Below are positions 25,011 through 40,204 of a stretch of 64,000 nt of DNA, piece by piece. The stretch is from the human T2T-CHM13v2.0 reference genome, Homo sapiens. The stretch lies in the NCBI RefSeq assembly GCF_009914755.1, contig NC_060927.1. One strand, 5' to 3'. Position 1 is the stretch's first letter. Every line of letters begins with the position of its first letter. The notes below the pieces were generated by a model. The model searched no databases and was not told the DNA's origin. It saw nothing but the letters and a program-made list of their open reading frames with translations. A program made the translations under genes and the position numbers.

Positions 25011-28000
25011 GATTAACATGACTAGTAATACATGCAAGACCCTATGCTGAGCAATTTACACATATTACCTCATTTAATTCTGACAAGATTATGCCTCATT
25101 TTAGAAACTTGTATAACTTTACCAGAATCTGATACCTAGTGATTGGGGGTGCAAGTTTAGAACCCTAGAACTATCTGACAATGGCAGCAGAAGATGGTGA
25201 AAACTATGTTCTGAATTACTGATTCAGGAATGCCGCGAAAATGACTTTGATTAAAACCTTGAAGAGATAAAATGTCTGAGAAGAACCTGAAAATAATATA
25301 TTTGTGTAAACCTGATGTTTGAGAACATAGAATGGCTCCTAAGTCAATTTACAGTCTAAGGGAAATTCATTTAAAGGATCATTAAAAAAAAAAAAAAAAA
25401 CTGGTTAGCTTTAAATAGCATTTTCAAAGCCTGCTGTTTATACCCAGGAGAGAATTTCAATGAATAATGCCATAGTAGCATATGGATAGGTTTCCCATAA
25501 ATTCAAGGATATGATGATGTGAATCCCAATTGACGGCATCCATCTTTTTCTCTCCGTACCCTCCTGGCTCTTCTTTAAATTTTATAGCCTTTGTTTCTCA
25601 AGTAGTGCCTGAATTATTGTAATGTCAGCCTTATTATTAAGTTCTCTCTTGTGTATTCCACTTAATTGACTAACTTTATAATACATTCATAGAGATGAGG
25701 TATGGGTTGGAAAGGAGTGATCTCATTTGATGATCTGGTTCAAATTTTTTAAAGTAAGCAAAATTAAGTAGTTTATAATTCAGTTCTTTTTAGCCATACT
25801 ATTTTACTTTGTTCAACTTTGACTTTGCTAATGACCAAGGCAATAACATAATTATGAAATAATTCCTTTTGAAAATCATAATGTTCTTGACTGGCTACTT
25901 GTGCTATAAACATAGTGGCATCTGAAGAAAAATTATGGCGACCCTCTTGCACTTAGAGACCAGTGCTTGGTTCTTTTTCAATATCAAAATATGCTAGTGG
26001 AGATTCTCTAACTGGCTGACAAATGCTAAGATTACTAATTATCACTGTTAGCATCATAAAATGAATCTACTTGAACTGGAGCTATTGGTTTCCCCTCTAC
26101 CGAAATCTATAAAACAACCTTATTGCATATATGTATGTGGAGGTAGAGATATAGACAGATTGATAGATGGATCAAATTGACTGAAGATATTCACTCATAT
26201 ATAATCAGAAAATTATTTCCTTGTATTTTAATGTTCGCATTTTATGTATTTTCTGATTTCTCGCTGGGCTAAGTGTACAGTTAATATTATGTCCACTAAC
26301 AGCATTTATTGAGTGCCTACTGTGTACTGGCCTTATTATTAGGTACTGTACTTGATTGCCCCCTTCCTTCTTTAGAATAGATTTATCAAAACTGCAATAA
26401 AATTACAGAATCAGTAGTAAGAAAGTAAGAATATAAAAATACTTCATATGGATTTTCTTGGGAGATAGTTGGAAATTAGGTGTTAGAAGCTAGTAAAAAT
26501 TTTCTCAAGATTAAAATAAAATCTATATTATGCCCCAAAGCATTAACCATAACACATATCCACACACACACACTGGTCAAATACAGTCCTTTTTGGCTTA
26601 TACAGCTATAATAGGAAATTTTAACTGCTCAAATTTATTATTATTTCTGAGCTTATTTTCTGGGCCTTTCACTGCAGAAAAAAATGAGAATCAAAATAAA
26701 AAATTGTTGACATCACCAGTAATATTAGCCATAACTTATAAATTGCTTGGAAAAAACATATTTGATACATTTTAACAATAATCCTGTTAAATTACACTTA
26801 CACATTTTAAAAAGTAATAAAATAAAGATAAGGAAATAAAATTTTTGTTTTTATTTAAAGCACTAGCAAGATTTATATAACATTAAATTCCATATATATA
26901 GTAGCAGTAAGTAATTTTGCATGTGCAGTTTTAAAACCAAAATAAAATGTATTCTGCTAGATTGTAGCCAGCTTGAACCTTCTGCTTAAATACTGAAAAA
27001 ATAGCTTGTGAGCTATCAAAAGGGAACAGAATCCATAGCTTAAAGCCAATTTTTGAAAGAAAATTGGAATTTTACATGTAGTAATTGGCAATTTACCTCT
27101 TCCATTGCCTTAATAATTATCTAAATGACCCACAAGAATTAATACATTGCCAACATATAAGCAATGCATTCCTCTTTTCTGAAAAGATTAATTACAGCTT
27201 ACATTTTAACAACACGTAAATTTAAGTTTTCACCTGTAGGCTGCATAAATCAGTTTTGTAGCACAAAAGCCACATCTGTCAGCATTTTAAAATGTATTAT
27301 TTACCAAAAGTAGTAATGATGGACTAAATTTATAGCACATAAAATAATCATATAAAAATCATTATAATCAACATTAACAAACCAAACTGTAAATAACTAC
27401 ATTATAGTGGGTATTTCAAAATAAAATCTTATGTCGTGCCTTATATATTTTTACAAAAAGTGGTATGTAGATACAAATGAATAAATGTAACCACTTAATT
27501 ATTTTGAAAATATCCATAAGATTTAGCTGTTTTTGTATGGTTGATATGTAAGAAATTTGGTTTGTTTTAACCATTTATAGGTAGGAAATTATCCTAAAAA
27601 ATAAGATGCAAGATTATGTTTCGGTTTCTTCCTCCCAATACATTTTTATGTCCCCATTTGATGAATTTTTCTAAATTCCATTTGCACACTTAAAAGTTCT
27701 AAATCATTGCATATGTTGTATTGAATAGAATGTGAATTTCTCAGCAAGATATTAGGTCCCCTCTAAATGTAATCCAAATTGATATCATTTCTATCGATTT
27801 CTGCAAATTAAGGTATTCTCTGGAAAAATTAGATTATTTGGATGCTTCATGAACAAAATAATCTGTATCTTCATCATATCTAAGATTCTTCTATGACTTC
27901 CAACTGGAATATTCAGAAAATGATCACATTACAAATGATCACTCTAGCTTCCATGCCACTTTCCTGAAATGTTCTTGCCAGTGAGAAATCATCACTTCTT

Positions 28001-28172
28001 CCTTGGAATTTCTAAATATTTTATTGTTCAAAGGCGTAATTCTTTACTAAGTTGTAAACTCATTGAGATAAAGAACTATAGTCTGTATATCTGTTTGTCT
28101 CAGAAAGTGTTTTACACATAGTTAGGTTCCAATATACATGTAATCAAATAAATAAAGAAAATATGATTTACA

Positions 28173-28291
28173 AAAATACTAAAGAATGGTATGTTGCCTA
28201 CCAGGTCAAAAAGAAAAAGAAATACTAAAATACTAAATATTAATATTAAAATACTAAAGAATAGTATGTTGCCTACCAGTTCAAAAAGAAA
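28173..28291. repeat. 44-bp direct duplication with scrambled spacer
   Basis: aaaatactaaagaat(g/a)gtatgttgcctaccag(g/t)tcaaaaagaaa at 28173-28216 and 28248-28291; 2 mismatches. Confidence 0.9.
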
Positions 28292-30099
28292 GAATCAGAT
28301 AATTTTATTTGCCATAGATAAGCAATATTGCTTGCTTTATTTTGGGTAACAAGCTATAACTGGCTTGAGTCATGTAAAAACATAATATATGCAAGTTTTA
28401 CTACAAATTAATTGTTAATTCTAAATTTGGGGGCACATTTTAGGTAGGGTAAAATGACGATTTTGTTGTTAACACATTTTCTTCCCTAAACTCTTTTTTA
28501 AAAACCTCCATTATGTTTGATCCAGTCTGTTGGTTGAAGCACAATCTGTACTGCTTCAATTACTTAGGATGAAATTAGCCACATCATTATTAACACCAGC
28601 TAGAAATTTTGGAATGATTATTAATGGTAGCACATGAAGCAGAAAGAGGACCAGCTGACCCTGGTGGAGTAATAAAGTTAATTAATCAAGCAGGAGGCAG
28701 ATTTCATATTTATGAGTCTACCCAGAGGAGGACAAATTCCAGTATATAAGACTTTAATTTAAAGTAATCTCCAGTCAATAGCACACTTTCAACATTGGCA
28801 GCCATAGCCATCTAAATGCAAACATCAGTGGGAAAGAGGAATTTTCTAGCAGTTAGGTTGTCTGAATATAAAGTGGCCTGTCCTATAAGGTAGCGAAGGC
28901 CCCTCATAATAAGAATTTGTGCTGAAGCTAATTGGGAACCTGTTTAGCATGTGGTAAAAGAAATCCCTGCTTTATTTAGGAGGTTGTGATACAAGTTTAA
29001 CGTAAGTTCAAACATTGAGATTTCATAACAACATATTTGTGAGTTCTAATTATGTTCCAATCACTTTTTTAAAATCTTTTCTGGTTACCAAAACATGTAT
29101 AGCCTTTGCAGAAGATACTATTATGCCAATTTTACAGATCAAGAAAGTAAAGCATAATGAAGTATAGTAACTTAACAGTACCCACAGGTAGTAAGCATTG
29201 GAATGGGGTTATTATGGCATTAGGCCCTTTTCATACTAATGCTTAGAACCAAAATTGAGTTCCCTTTCTACCCATTCAGTACTTTCACTTTTCTTTTTCA
29301 CCTTAGTCATTATTTATAATTTTCTACATGACTATTTTTTATTATTACCTCCAATTCGTCACCCTCCCTTAATTACTTATATTTTGCCTTAGCATAATGT
29401 CTTTGAATATAAGCGGATTTTCAGAAGACTATTTATAAATCTCAGTGCATCAAGTTCACAGAGCTGTGCAGTGTTTTAATGCATATTTCTGGATTAATGT
29501 ACACATGGTAGACCAAGTATAACACTCCAAAGAGGCAAAATAATGCAGTTAGTGTGATTTACTTAAATATGCAGGGTCTTGATGAAGAGTAACTATTTGC
29601 ACAGAAAGTAGAAGTCGCCCTTCAAGAGAGACTGAATTGACAAAAAAAAAAAAGATATTTTATTTCAATTATGCCTAGATCAAATAAGGATTTTAAATGA
29701 TGGGAACCAGGCTTATGTACCATAAGACAGATTGAAGACCTTAATATGAAAAATATTAAAGATCATAACTTTGCTAAATGGGCTGGAAAGAAAATCATTA
29801 ACTATTAACAGGTACTTAGATGTTGTAAAATGTGCGTATCAAAGGGCAGTGTTACAGCGTGGCTCATATTTAAAAGAAAAGTAACAACAGTAGATCTATT
29901 TCTTAATACAGAAAGTAAGCTTATTTTTAAGGCAATAACATATAGCAACATATGTAAAATATTATTTCTTTGGTATATAAACCATCATCCCTTGACTGGA
30001 AGTTTTTACAAGATCAGGGAACATTTCTTTTGTTTCTTTTTTTAAAAGATTCTCATTTGTGTATGCTGTGTGAATTTGTTCTCTTAGCAAATTTGAGGT

Positions 30100-30215
30100 A
30101 GGCACTACAGTGTTATTAACTATAGTCACCATGCTGTATATCAGATTCTTAGAACTTATTCATCTTATAACTGAAGACTTGTAGTCTTTGACTAATATTT
30201 CCCCATTTCTTTCTC
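30100..30215 (-). mobile_element. L1MA/L1MB 3' end fragment
   Basis: 'ttattaactatagtcaccatgctgta...tagaacttattcatcttataactgaa'. Confidence 0.75.
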
Positions 30216-31573
30216 ATTTTTATACCTCTTATATTGCTTTGCATGCACCTGGCAAGTAGAAGGCACTCAATGAATTTCATATGAATTAATATTATCCAAT
30301 AAATACACAATACTCAGTATTTATAAATACTCAATATTGCTTCAAACACATGTATTTTATTAGTCTACTTATATATTTTTAGTATTTTATTTTTGTTTAT
30401 TTTGTACATATATTAATAACAAGCAATCTGCTGAATGCTAAGGAAACAAAGGAGATAATATATGGTCTCTGTCCTCAGGAAGCTTATCACTAACCCACAC
30501 TAGAGATAAGAGAGTTCCTGATTTATGTCATTCCCAAAGTCTGATTTTAATTTGACTTGATTTGAGATGGATTTTTTTTTCTATCAGCCATCATATAAAT
30601 TGCTTGAATTTTTCTTTCAAGCTATTTGACTTTACAACCTTGAATTCTTAAAGAGAGCAAAAATGTTCCTTAGGTATTTCAAATTGCCCCAAATTTAGTG
30701 AAAAATATATTCTCTATGTAACACTTGAAGAGTTAGAGCCATTCTTCAGACTACACAAATCAGCTTTATTGACTTGTATTTTGATATGGCTTTTCAAAAG
30801 TCGTATTTTAGTTGTTAGAAAAACATCAAGGGCAAAGTGAAGAAAACCTAATTTCTCATTATATTAATAACAGTATGGAGGCCTATTGAGAACTGTTGGA
30901 ATGATTCTTAATTGTGGCTGACCTCTCACCCTCATCTGTTGCATGGTCATGCACTAAGCTCAAGTAGGGAATACAAGTATTGTGTTGTTCAGCAAGTACC
31001 GATAGAATGATGTTTTAAAGCATTAGGAGAGCTCTAGCTGGTTGTAGAGTATCATAGCGATGATATATAAATGTGGTTCTTACGGGGAAAGGGTAGAAAC
31101 ACATGATGCTGAGACGAAGTTGGCCTTTGGGAAGTCACAGACTGGAAGGATGACATAGCATGGGGTTTTGGTTTCTGTTTTAATTTTATGTCCTGGTCAA
31201 ATTCTATCCACATGGTAATCCGTTATTTTTCAGAGCTGAAAAAAAATCTGAGAATTGAATGAAAGAGTTGTAAAAATGTCCAAGTCAGGTTAAAAGTATT
31301 TCATATAAAATATATGAATATTAAATATTATATGTTTATGTCAAAATATAAAAACATCGTTTGAAAGAATTTAATTTGCATGGTGCCACTCTTCAATAAA
31401 AATCATTTAAAATTATCTAATGTAACATCTTCTCAATTTGTATTAGCCCAATGCAAAACAGCTGTTTGTGCTTTTTTCACCATAAAGTCACAATACTGAA
31501 TGGACAAATGTTTATAAAATAAACCCAGCCAGTTCCACAAAGTCCTGTATGAAGAATTAAGAAGCAGCTTAAT

Positions 31574-31897
<324 letters not shown>

Positions 31898-33025
31898 TCA
31901 TGTTACACTTTACTTTTTCAAGGGAAACAGTAGTTCCCTTGAAATTTAAATTGAGTAACAAGAATTCTTGGCAAAATTGCAGGAGCGCTTAAAAGATTTA
32001 GCTGTGTGTGCAGAAACCCAAGCATGACATGTGTGAGCACATTACTGTACTATAAAGATAGGCAAAGGAGCAGAATACGGCAATCTTACTGCTAGATATA
32101 AAATAGCTGATTCACATCAAACTGAATTTCATATTCTCTTATGCTTCTGGAAAACAGCATTCATTTAAAAATTCTCTTGCACTATAGTTTTTTTAAATTA
32201 GTTATCTTATATTTGCTGGATGCATAATCAGTGAGCAGACTAAATAACTTTGTCAACAAATAATTTTGGCAATTCCATCAACAATAAACATGGCAATATT
32301 ACTTACTGAATTTATCACACGTAAGTGTGTGTATATATATGTACATATATACACACATTCATATATATAATACATATATTCCACATTCATATACACTTCC
32401 TATTCCCATTTTGAGATAAAGGAATGAAATTATCATTATTTTAAATATTGTTACATAAGTTGTTACCCTTGGAAGTAAAAATGATTTGTTTTAAAATTTG
32501 ATATAGTTTGTGTTAAATTTAACATGAAGGAGAAAGAGAAGGGCGCTTGAGAGGAAGCAGTAAAAGCTAAAGCAAGCAGAAGAATGTTTAATTGTTCAAC
32601 TTGTTCATTCACCCATTTACTCAATCAAAACATATTAATAAATGGGCCAGATATAGATGTAGGCACTAGGAATTCAAAAACAAAAAAGGATAAACCAGTT
32701 CCCTGCTTTCACAACAGCTAGTGAGAAGTTCAGAATATTAAACAAGATTCCAGTAGAAGGCAATATGTATTGTATAAGGGAGCACAAGGAGAAAAATGCA
32801 AACAAATGTGTCAAGGAAAGCTGCCAAAAGGTAACGTCTTAAAGGAAACTTGAAGGTTAAGTCAAACTTGGCCGTGAAAGTAGGGGTGCAGTGAGGGTTG
32901 AGGGACCAGATGAGGGAATTGGGGAGCTTTTGCTCTTTTTAGACAGAACAGTATCTGTGCAAGTGTAGAGATCAAAGAGAGCATGGAGCTTTCTAGTAAC
33001 TGGAAGAATGTCAGTATAGCTAGAA

Positions 33026-33212
33026 CTGTGCTTTTCCAAAAGTGAGCCCTGTGCCAAAGGCATCAGCAACACCTGGGAACCCACCAGAAATGCACATTTT
33101 TCAGACCTCCCACTAGACCCACTAAATCAGAAACTCTGGGGGTGGGACCCAGCATTCTGTGTTGACAAGCCCTCTGGGTTATTCGGCTGCAAGCTTTGGT
33201 TAGAGAACCAAT
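33026..33212. mobile_element. MER5A DNA transposon
   Basis: 'gcatcagcaacacctgggaa...agaaatgca...aatcagaaactctgggggtgggacccagca'. Confidence 0.85.
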
Positions 33213-34329
33213 GTCATCCTCAAATAGCACAACACTGGCAGCAAGGAATGGTGGGGATGATGATCTCAGTACAAGAAACACAAGATATGTGGCTAGTGAG
33301 GACCATGCAATGCCATCCTTACCTTGCTACTGAGGCTCAAATTTCCTAGGTTTTTATTTTTCTTCCAGCTGTATGTAGTTTTGGAGACAGGCAATCCAGT
33401 CACAGCAGTGAGCTTCCCGTAACTGACTTCCCTGAAACCACTGCGAACACATCTAATTATTTCCTCACCTTCATTTTACCACACTAAAAATAAAACCTTC
33501 CAAATATCTTTTTTCATTGACACTCCTATAGCTCTCATAACTTCCAAATTCCCTAGAGACGATTTTAGCCTTAAAAAATTCACCTACTGAAGGTGCTAGA
33601 ACCTTGGGAATCATCAATTTAAATTCTAATACATGCTTGCTCTCTGCCAGCATTTAAGCCTGCATATGTCTCTCTGACAGTTCATATTTGGTCTGTGAAC
33701 TTTCTGAAGATGCAGTAAATTATGACCTGCTCACCAGAACCTTCTGAGAAAACTGGAGCTAAGCCATCCCAAGTCAAACCTTCCAAGAAAATCTAGACAT
33801 TAAGTTATCTGGGAAACTTAGTGAATTTAGATAGCTTAGGGGTAATGGTGATATGTTAGCAAAGGAAAGTTGGACACCAAAACTGACATGCCATGCAAAG
33901 GCATTTGTCTCAGGCTCAGTAACATAGAGGTACATTCTAATTGGTGAAAGAAGAAATGCTACATTCAATTAGGCATCATAGGACTTGGTTTCTTGGCTCA
34001 TGAGGATTCTCCTCTTTAGAACCATAAATGAAATAAAGCAAACATGCTATATTATCTTCCTTTGCTCTAAAAATGTGAAACTCTCCAGGTATTGGGACCT
34101 AAGGATGGCAATGTAGTTGATTTATGTTTTGGTTTCCTCATGGGAAAACTAGAAATTTATTCATTTGTATGTAGAGTCATTCATTCAAAAATATTCTTGA
34201 GATCCCATTCTGTACATACTCAGGCTATAGCAGAAATAGACAAAAATCCCTGCTGTCCTGGAGCTTATATTCTAGAGAGATGAGAAAGACAATAAACAAA
34301 CAATAAGCAAAACATTTTATATGCAGAGA

Positions 34330-34735
34330 TGTGGTGTGTTGCCTAGATTTCCCCTTCAGGACCCAACTAGTGGGAGTTCTGCCTGCTGAAAGCTCATAGT
34401 TGAAGGCTCATAGCTGCAGACATTGCCCCTGGCCAAAAGAAGCTACATGCCCCTCTTCCTGGGGACAGTCAGAATCCAAGATTCCTCAATGTGATGTACA
34501 AAGACCCATGCCCATTGTGTCAATTAAAGACAACCCAGAAGAAGACCATCCCAGCTCCAGCACTCCTTGGGGTCCGCTGAGGTCTTTGCAGCTACCACAT
34601 GTCAAGTCAACAGCTGCATCTTTCCATGGGCTTCCTGTACTCCCACATGTTCATGCTGAGGTCACTCCCCAGAAAACATGCTGCAAGCCAAGCTCCATTG
34701 CAGAATCTGTGTCCCAGTAAACCCCATCTAAGACA
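34330..34735 (+). mobile_element. LTR16C-like ERVL solo LTR
   Basis: TG...CA ends; 'agatttccccttcagg', 'ccatcccagctccag', 'agaatctgtgtcccag...ctaagaca'. Confidence 0.75.
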
Positions 34736-35084
34736 GATAATAAGAGATATTCTGGTGCAGAGTAAAGCTGAGAAGGAGGATAGGGAGTATCTGCCTCCTA
34801 ATGTGAGAAAAGTACTCACTGCAGTATCTGACACAAGTAACACGTGATCATTCGAAGTTAACTATCACCATAATCCTAACGGTTACTCCAAACTAGGCAA
34901 CTGGCAAAAACTTCAGGGAGGATGGCCTGACTTTGGTCTTGAAGAAAAGGAAGAACTTATACAAGCAGAAAGAAGAAAGAAATTTTTTATGTTAGCAACT
35001 GATTCATGCAATTCAATTTGGCAGGTATTTTGCAGGTAAATTGCAAAAGAGAATTAGCAAAGAGGAATTTTGTGTAAAAATTCA

Positions 35085-35345
35085 AGCTTTGTACTTACTT
35101 AAACTTGGATTTAAATTTTGACTTGATCACATCTCAAATATGGGACTTTGAATAAGTCAGTTAACCACTCTGTGCCTCAGTTTCCACATCTGGAAAATGG
35201 ATATAAGGATACCACCTACTTTCTAAGGTTCCTGTGAGTATACAGTGATTCAATGCATGTAAAGTACTTAACAACAGAAGAGTATCCAGCTATCATGTGG
35301 TTAGAGCTCAATAAATGATTATTAATACTGATATTATTGTTACTA
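35085..35345 (+). mobile_element. MIR SINE
   Basis: Core 'aagtcagttaaccactctgtgcctcagtttccacatctggaaaatgg'. Confidence 0.8.
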
Positions 35346-35842
35346 GCTTTGAATCTTAAATTCCATTCTAACAGCTTCAAAATAGTGTTTAAAAATGTTC
35401 TTTACCTTCTTGCATATAGATACCATATAAAAGCAATCAAATCATTTTCTTATTCTTCTCCTGATATTTTATTTTTTATACCCATGAATTTACTATAAGG
35501 ATAGTTAGCTAGTTTTGGTGTTAGTTTTTGTTTAATTTATATAGGTGACATAAAAGGAGGAGTGGAATTCCCCAAGGTATGTTGACCTCCCAGGGCTTAA
35601 GCACTGGACAATTTGACTCAGCTGAAGAAACTCCACGTTTTGACTTCTGAGATACCAAATCTTAGTGAGCACAGCAGGCAAGTCAGGGGGCCTCCATTAG
35701 GCCCATTCCAGCAATATCACCTTGTAGATCCAGAACTACTCTCTCTACTGTTTCTATGGTAATCAAATTACTTAGAAGTTGGCCTACTTTTCTTTTAAAC
35801 ACTTAACACATCAAATGTCTCAGTGCAAACAGACAACATAGG

Positions 35843-36040
35843 ACAGTGGTTAGAAGCTCGAACTCAGGAATTGGACTATCTGTAAGTAAATTCTGGTTCT
35901 GTCCTTTCTAACTATGTGACCATGTGCAAGTTAATTAGCCTTTTTGTGCCTCAGTTTCTCCATCTATTAAATGTAGGTAATAATACTACCATTTCTTATG
36001 ATTATTTTGAAGACTAAATGAGTTAACATATGTGTTTAAA
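35843..36040 (+). mobile_element. MIR SINE
   Basis: 'tgtgaccatgtgcaagtt...tgtgcctcagtttctccatctattaaatg'. Confidence 0.75.
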
Positions 36041-36891
36041 ACTATGGAGAACACATAAAACATGTTTTTTAATATGATAATTACTACCCTTCTTCTGAGG
36101 GAAACTCCACTGAGTTCAGTATGATTTTTTGGACCATCCTGTGCCGTGAATCAGCTGCTACTCCCCTACGTAAAGAAAAAAGGAAATAATTAAAAAGAAG
36201 AAGAATGTAATTCTGGCAAAAGACCTTTTGTAGGACAGCCTCTGTGGAATCCTCCTCTGTTTTCAAATGGAAATGAGAAGACTTATGTATCATAGCCACC
36301 TACTCCACTACAAATTTTTTAAAATTAAAATAATAGTCATCTCATGAATGTCCTTGCACAGAAATAAGCAACTTACCCGAAAACAAGCTTAGCTATATAT
36401 TGAAAATGATATTTTTGGCTCAGAATAGGTATTAGGTATGTTATCACTTCTTGAATATAAACACAGAATATCTTGCTTGAAGAAGGATTTTACTTTTCAA
36501 ATTATTGGATAGACACAGTTTTGAAAATATTTGAACTTGAATAAAATCACATTTTGTTTACTGAGCATAATAACTGAAAAGAAGGCTACTCCATTCTTTT
36601 CTAACTTATTCCAAGTTATCTGACAGACAAACAGAGCACCAAGTAGGAACACACCAAAAAGACTTGGGGCTTTCTAATTACCTTTGGCACGTGCCTCTTT
36701 TTTCTGTCACGTTCTGTGCTGCAGCTCAGAATGCCTTTGAATCCTTGTGAATCTTTGACAACTACTTATTGTTTAACAGAATAGTCCCAAACATATATAT
36801 AACTAATTTAAGTTATTAATGTCACTCAATAGAGATGAGAGAAATACAAGAATAGTCCAAATTTCATGTTTTAAACAAAAAAAGATGAATT

Positions 36892-37029
36892 TTTAAAAAT
36901 TATTATTATACTTTAAGTTCTAGGGTACATGTGCACAACTTGCAGGTTCGTTACATATGTATACGTGTGCCATGTTGGTGTGCTGCACCCATTAACTCGT
37001 CATTTACATTAGGTATATCTCCTAATGCT
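36892..37029 (-). mobile_element. Short primate L1PA 3'-end fragment (L1PA4/5-like)
   Basis: ttattatactttaagttctagggtacatgtgcacaac...cattaggtatatctcctaatgct. Confidence 0.9.
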
Positions 37030-37669
37030 TTTTTAAGCAGTAAGTAGCACGACTTTCCCCATGTATATAATAACATATCTAAATTGGTTTTAATTTTTAT
37101 AGGGATGCTTTCTCAGAGGACTAAACAGAGGAATAGTGATTTTTTATCTGCATTTCTCTTCTTCCTAAGAGCATTTGAGGCAGTTTAAAATGTATGCACA
37201 AAATGTTTAATAGGTTAGAACTAAAATAGAAAATTAGGTCCATATACACAAGAGGGAACATAATCATTACTAGAGATGCACATGTATGTGCCATCTCTGC
37301 CTCTGAAATTTCCAGTAGCAGCCAGAGAATAGAAAAGTTATCATACGCTCATGAAGCACAAATGTTCTAAGAAAGATTTATAGAAGCCATTGAGGAAAAT
37401 GGCCTCAAGCAGCTTTTTCAACAAATACAAAAGTTTTTTGTTTGTTTGTAAATGACATTTTCTGACTACAACCTTTGATAGAGCCAAGGTAAAGTTTCAA
37501 TGATTGAAGATGATTTTTCCATGATGGGAGAAAGGAAGGTTACTTAATTCATTCCATGCACACAGACTTTAAGACAAACTATACCTAGGAAGTAAATGAA
37601 AGGAGTTACCTTTTAAATTTATTTTCTAAAAATTTTGTCTGTTAGCCAGGAACTTAAAATCAGAATAAT

Positions 37670-38130
37670 CTAATAGGACCCTTTGATTGCAGATATCACA
37701 TAAACCATGAGCTAGGTTAAGCAAAGAGGAATGAAGAAATGTCCCAGACTAGGCTTCAAAAAAGATTGAGACAAGAAACTGGAAAATTCTCCAAAGGAAA
37801 GACAGCTTTTATTCCTGATCCACACAGCCACCAATCTCTGTTTTGTGCTCTAAAGACTAGTTTTACCTGTGTTCATTTAGGAAAATATGTCTATGGCTTA
37901 TAAATCACATTTCCCTTAGTGTCAACCATGCATGAAAATTGCCAAACTGATTGTGAATCCTAATCCCAAATTCCTGCAAGAGGGAATGTGGTTGGTCCAG
38001 TTTGGGTCAGGTCTCTGTCGGTAATCCAATGCATATGACTGGGTGCCAGAGACAGGGAGAACAGTCTTCCAAACTCCTGCCCTGTGGGTGGAGGGAGTTT
38101 TCAGAGACAGGGCTGAACAGATACCTCAGA
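37670..38130 (-). mobile_element. Old MLT1-like LTR remnant
   Basis: 'aggaccctttgattgcag' and 'tggttggtccagtttgggtcaggt'; diverged. Confidence 0.45.
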
Positions 38131-40204
38131 GGATGTTTACTAAGAATTTTGAGGTTGGTCTTTAATGAGTGCTTAGAATGTAAATTTTCTACTTTCATAT
38201 CAATAGATGATATAAATGGTACAAAAATATGGTGAAGCAATAGAGAAATCCTTCCACTATAAATGTTGAGAAGCCCAACCAGTATTTTTGCAAAAGTAAA
38301 AATAAAACCTCTCCATGTTTATGCTAAAATGGGCTGCAGGCAAAGCAAAGATTGTCCTTAGGAAGCAGATTTGAATCTGCCCCCACCGTTAGATACACTC
38401 TAGATTGAGAGTTCAGAGTCCCCCACCACAGGATACTGGGAAAAAAGATGATTCTGGCCTGGAAATTTTTCAAAGCAGGTGTTGTTGCAAGTCATCAAAA
38501 AGAAACCCGAGGAGTAATGCTCCCATGGAAAAAGTTATATTGAACTGCGTAGCTCTGCACTGTGCTTTCCTGGATAAGCTATAGAAAAAATATGCATGTA
38601 CAAAATGGAAATATCTTGTCTCATTGTGTGAAGTTTTGATCAATTGCCTTTTGTCTGCCAAAGAAAATGATTTTCAATTTGATAAAGTTGGTGATGCTCA
38701 ATTCTTTCTGGCAGCAGTAGGATAGCAGAATTATTTGTATCCTGAAGTTAATTCTAGTTGTTGAAAATTACACCCATATCATCAGCATGTAGGAAGATGC
38801 TTATCTTTCTACCTGCCATGATGGCAAATACCCAGTTTGTCTAAAATCAGTGCCATATTGTGAAGATACTAGTTAAAAATTAATAAATAAAACACAATAC
38901 TGGTTTTTATATTACATGACAAGGTGAATGGGTATGTCAGGAAATGTTCCCTTTCATTTCAGTTTTAGAAAGATATTTACTCCCACATTTGTAGATCCTA
39001 ATATTAAGCTTCATTTTTTACTTAACTCAATTCCCTAGGCAATGAAGTCAAAATTTTGTGAAAAAATCAATATGCATAAGTAAACAATCTTATTTTCTTC
39101 AAAATAATAGTAGTAAATAGTAGGGCAATACTGTGCCAAAAACCTTCTTGCTGCTAATACGAATTATTTAACTTGGAGACCTCACACACATGGCTTAAGG
39201 AGAAGCAGGGTGTAAATAATTGAAGAGATGCTGAAAAAATTGATGGAGCCATAGTTTTGTGCTACCATGGGGTTGGCCTTTTTAAAATAGAATAGTCTCC
39301 CATTGAATCTCTCCAGAATTAATCCTGATGATTGATTAGAGGTAGTTTGAGGTAAATAGTTTGGTGTTCTTCAGAACAGGCTTCAAACAATGATCCAAAA
39401 GCTTCCCTTAGAACTTACTCACTTTCAGGAGATGGTTAAATGAGTTTTGGCATAAAGCAATAGCAGGTCCTAAAAGAAATATACTTGGGTCCATAACGCT
39501 AAGAAAAATTGGCACCTGGCATTGTGGTTAGCCGTGCTTCCATAAATAGTTCTACTGATGCCAAATAAAGGACAACTGTAGCCTCAAATTCATGTTACCA
39601 TAAACTGTGAAAATTCACTAAAAGCCTTCCACAGGAATTTAGCTCCAGTATTTTGGTGATAATTAGTTTATAATTAGATAGGTTTCAATTAAGCAAAATA
39701 TTTCACATTCTAACATGCTGTCTTGCTAAACTTGCCAGAAATGTTGTCTGCCCATTTGTTTTTTTTTCTTTTTTTGTTTTTGCATCTATGCAATTTTTAT
39801 TAAATTGATACATGAGACCCATTAGATATAGGACAGACAGGACTGATTTCCCCCCAAAACTATCCATCTATTAAAGAAAAATAAATTGGAATATCTCCTG
39901 GCACATGTGTTAGTCTTTCTGTAGAAAAAGGTTGTTTTAGAAAGGTAAGCACATTTCCACTCCATTTCACCCTACACTTCCAATCCTATCCATCCAGTTA
40001 CCGGGCAAACAGACTTGGGAGGCTGTGTTTATCATCAAAATCAAAAGATGACAGTAAGGTTAGATAGAAAACATTCCCCTCAAGCAACATAATAAACAAT
40101 GAGAAGTAACTATACCTAGTTTGGATATATAAAGTCCTGCATCGCCCTGCCCCATATCAGCATTTACATCCAGTCTAATTATTTTCTCTTGGTTCATTAT
40201 ATTC

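Noticed and set aside
30316-30331. 16-bp perfect palindrome AGTATTTATAAATACT, and an 11-bp-arm hairpin at 31916-31944
   Set aside because: Short and AT-rich; plausible by chance or local slippage in 64 kb, with no supporting context.
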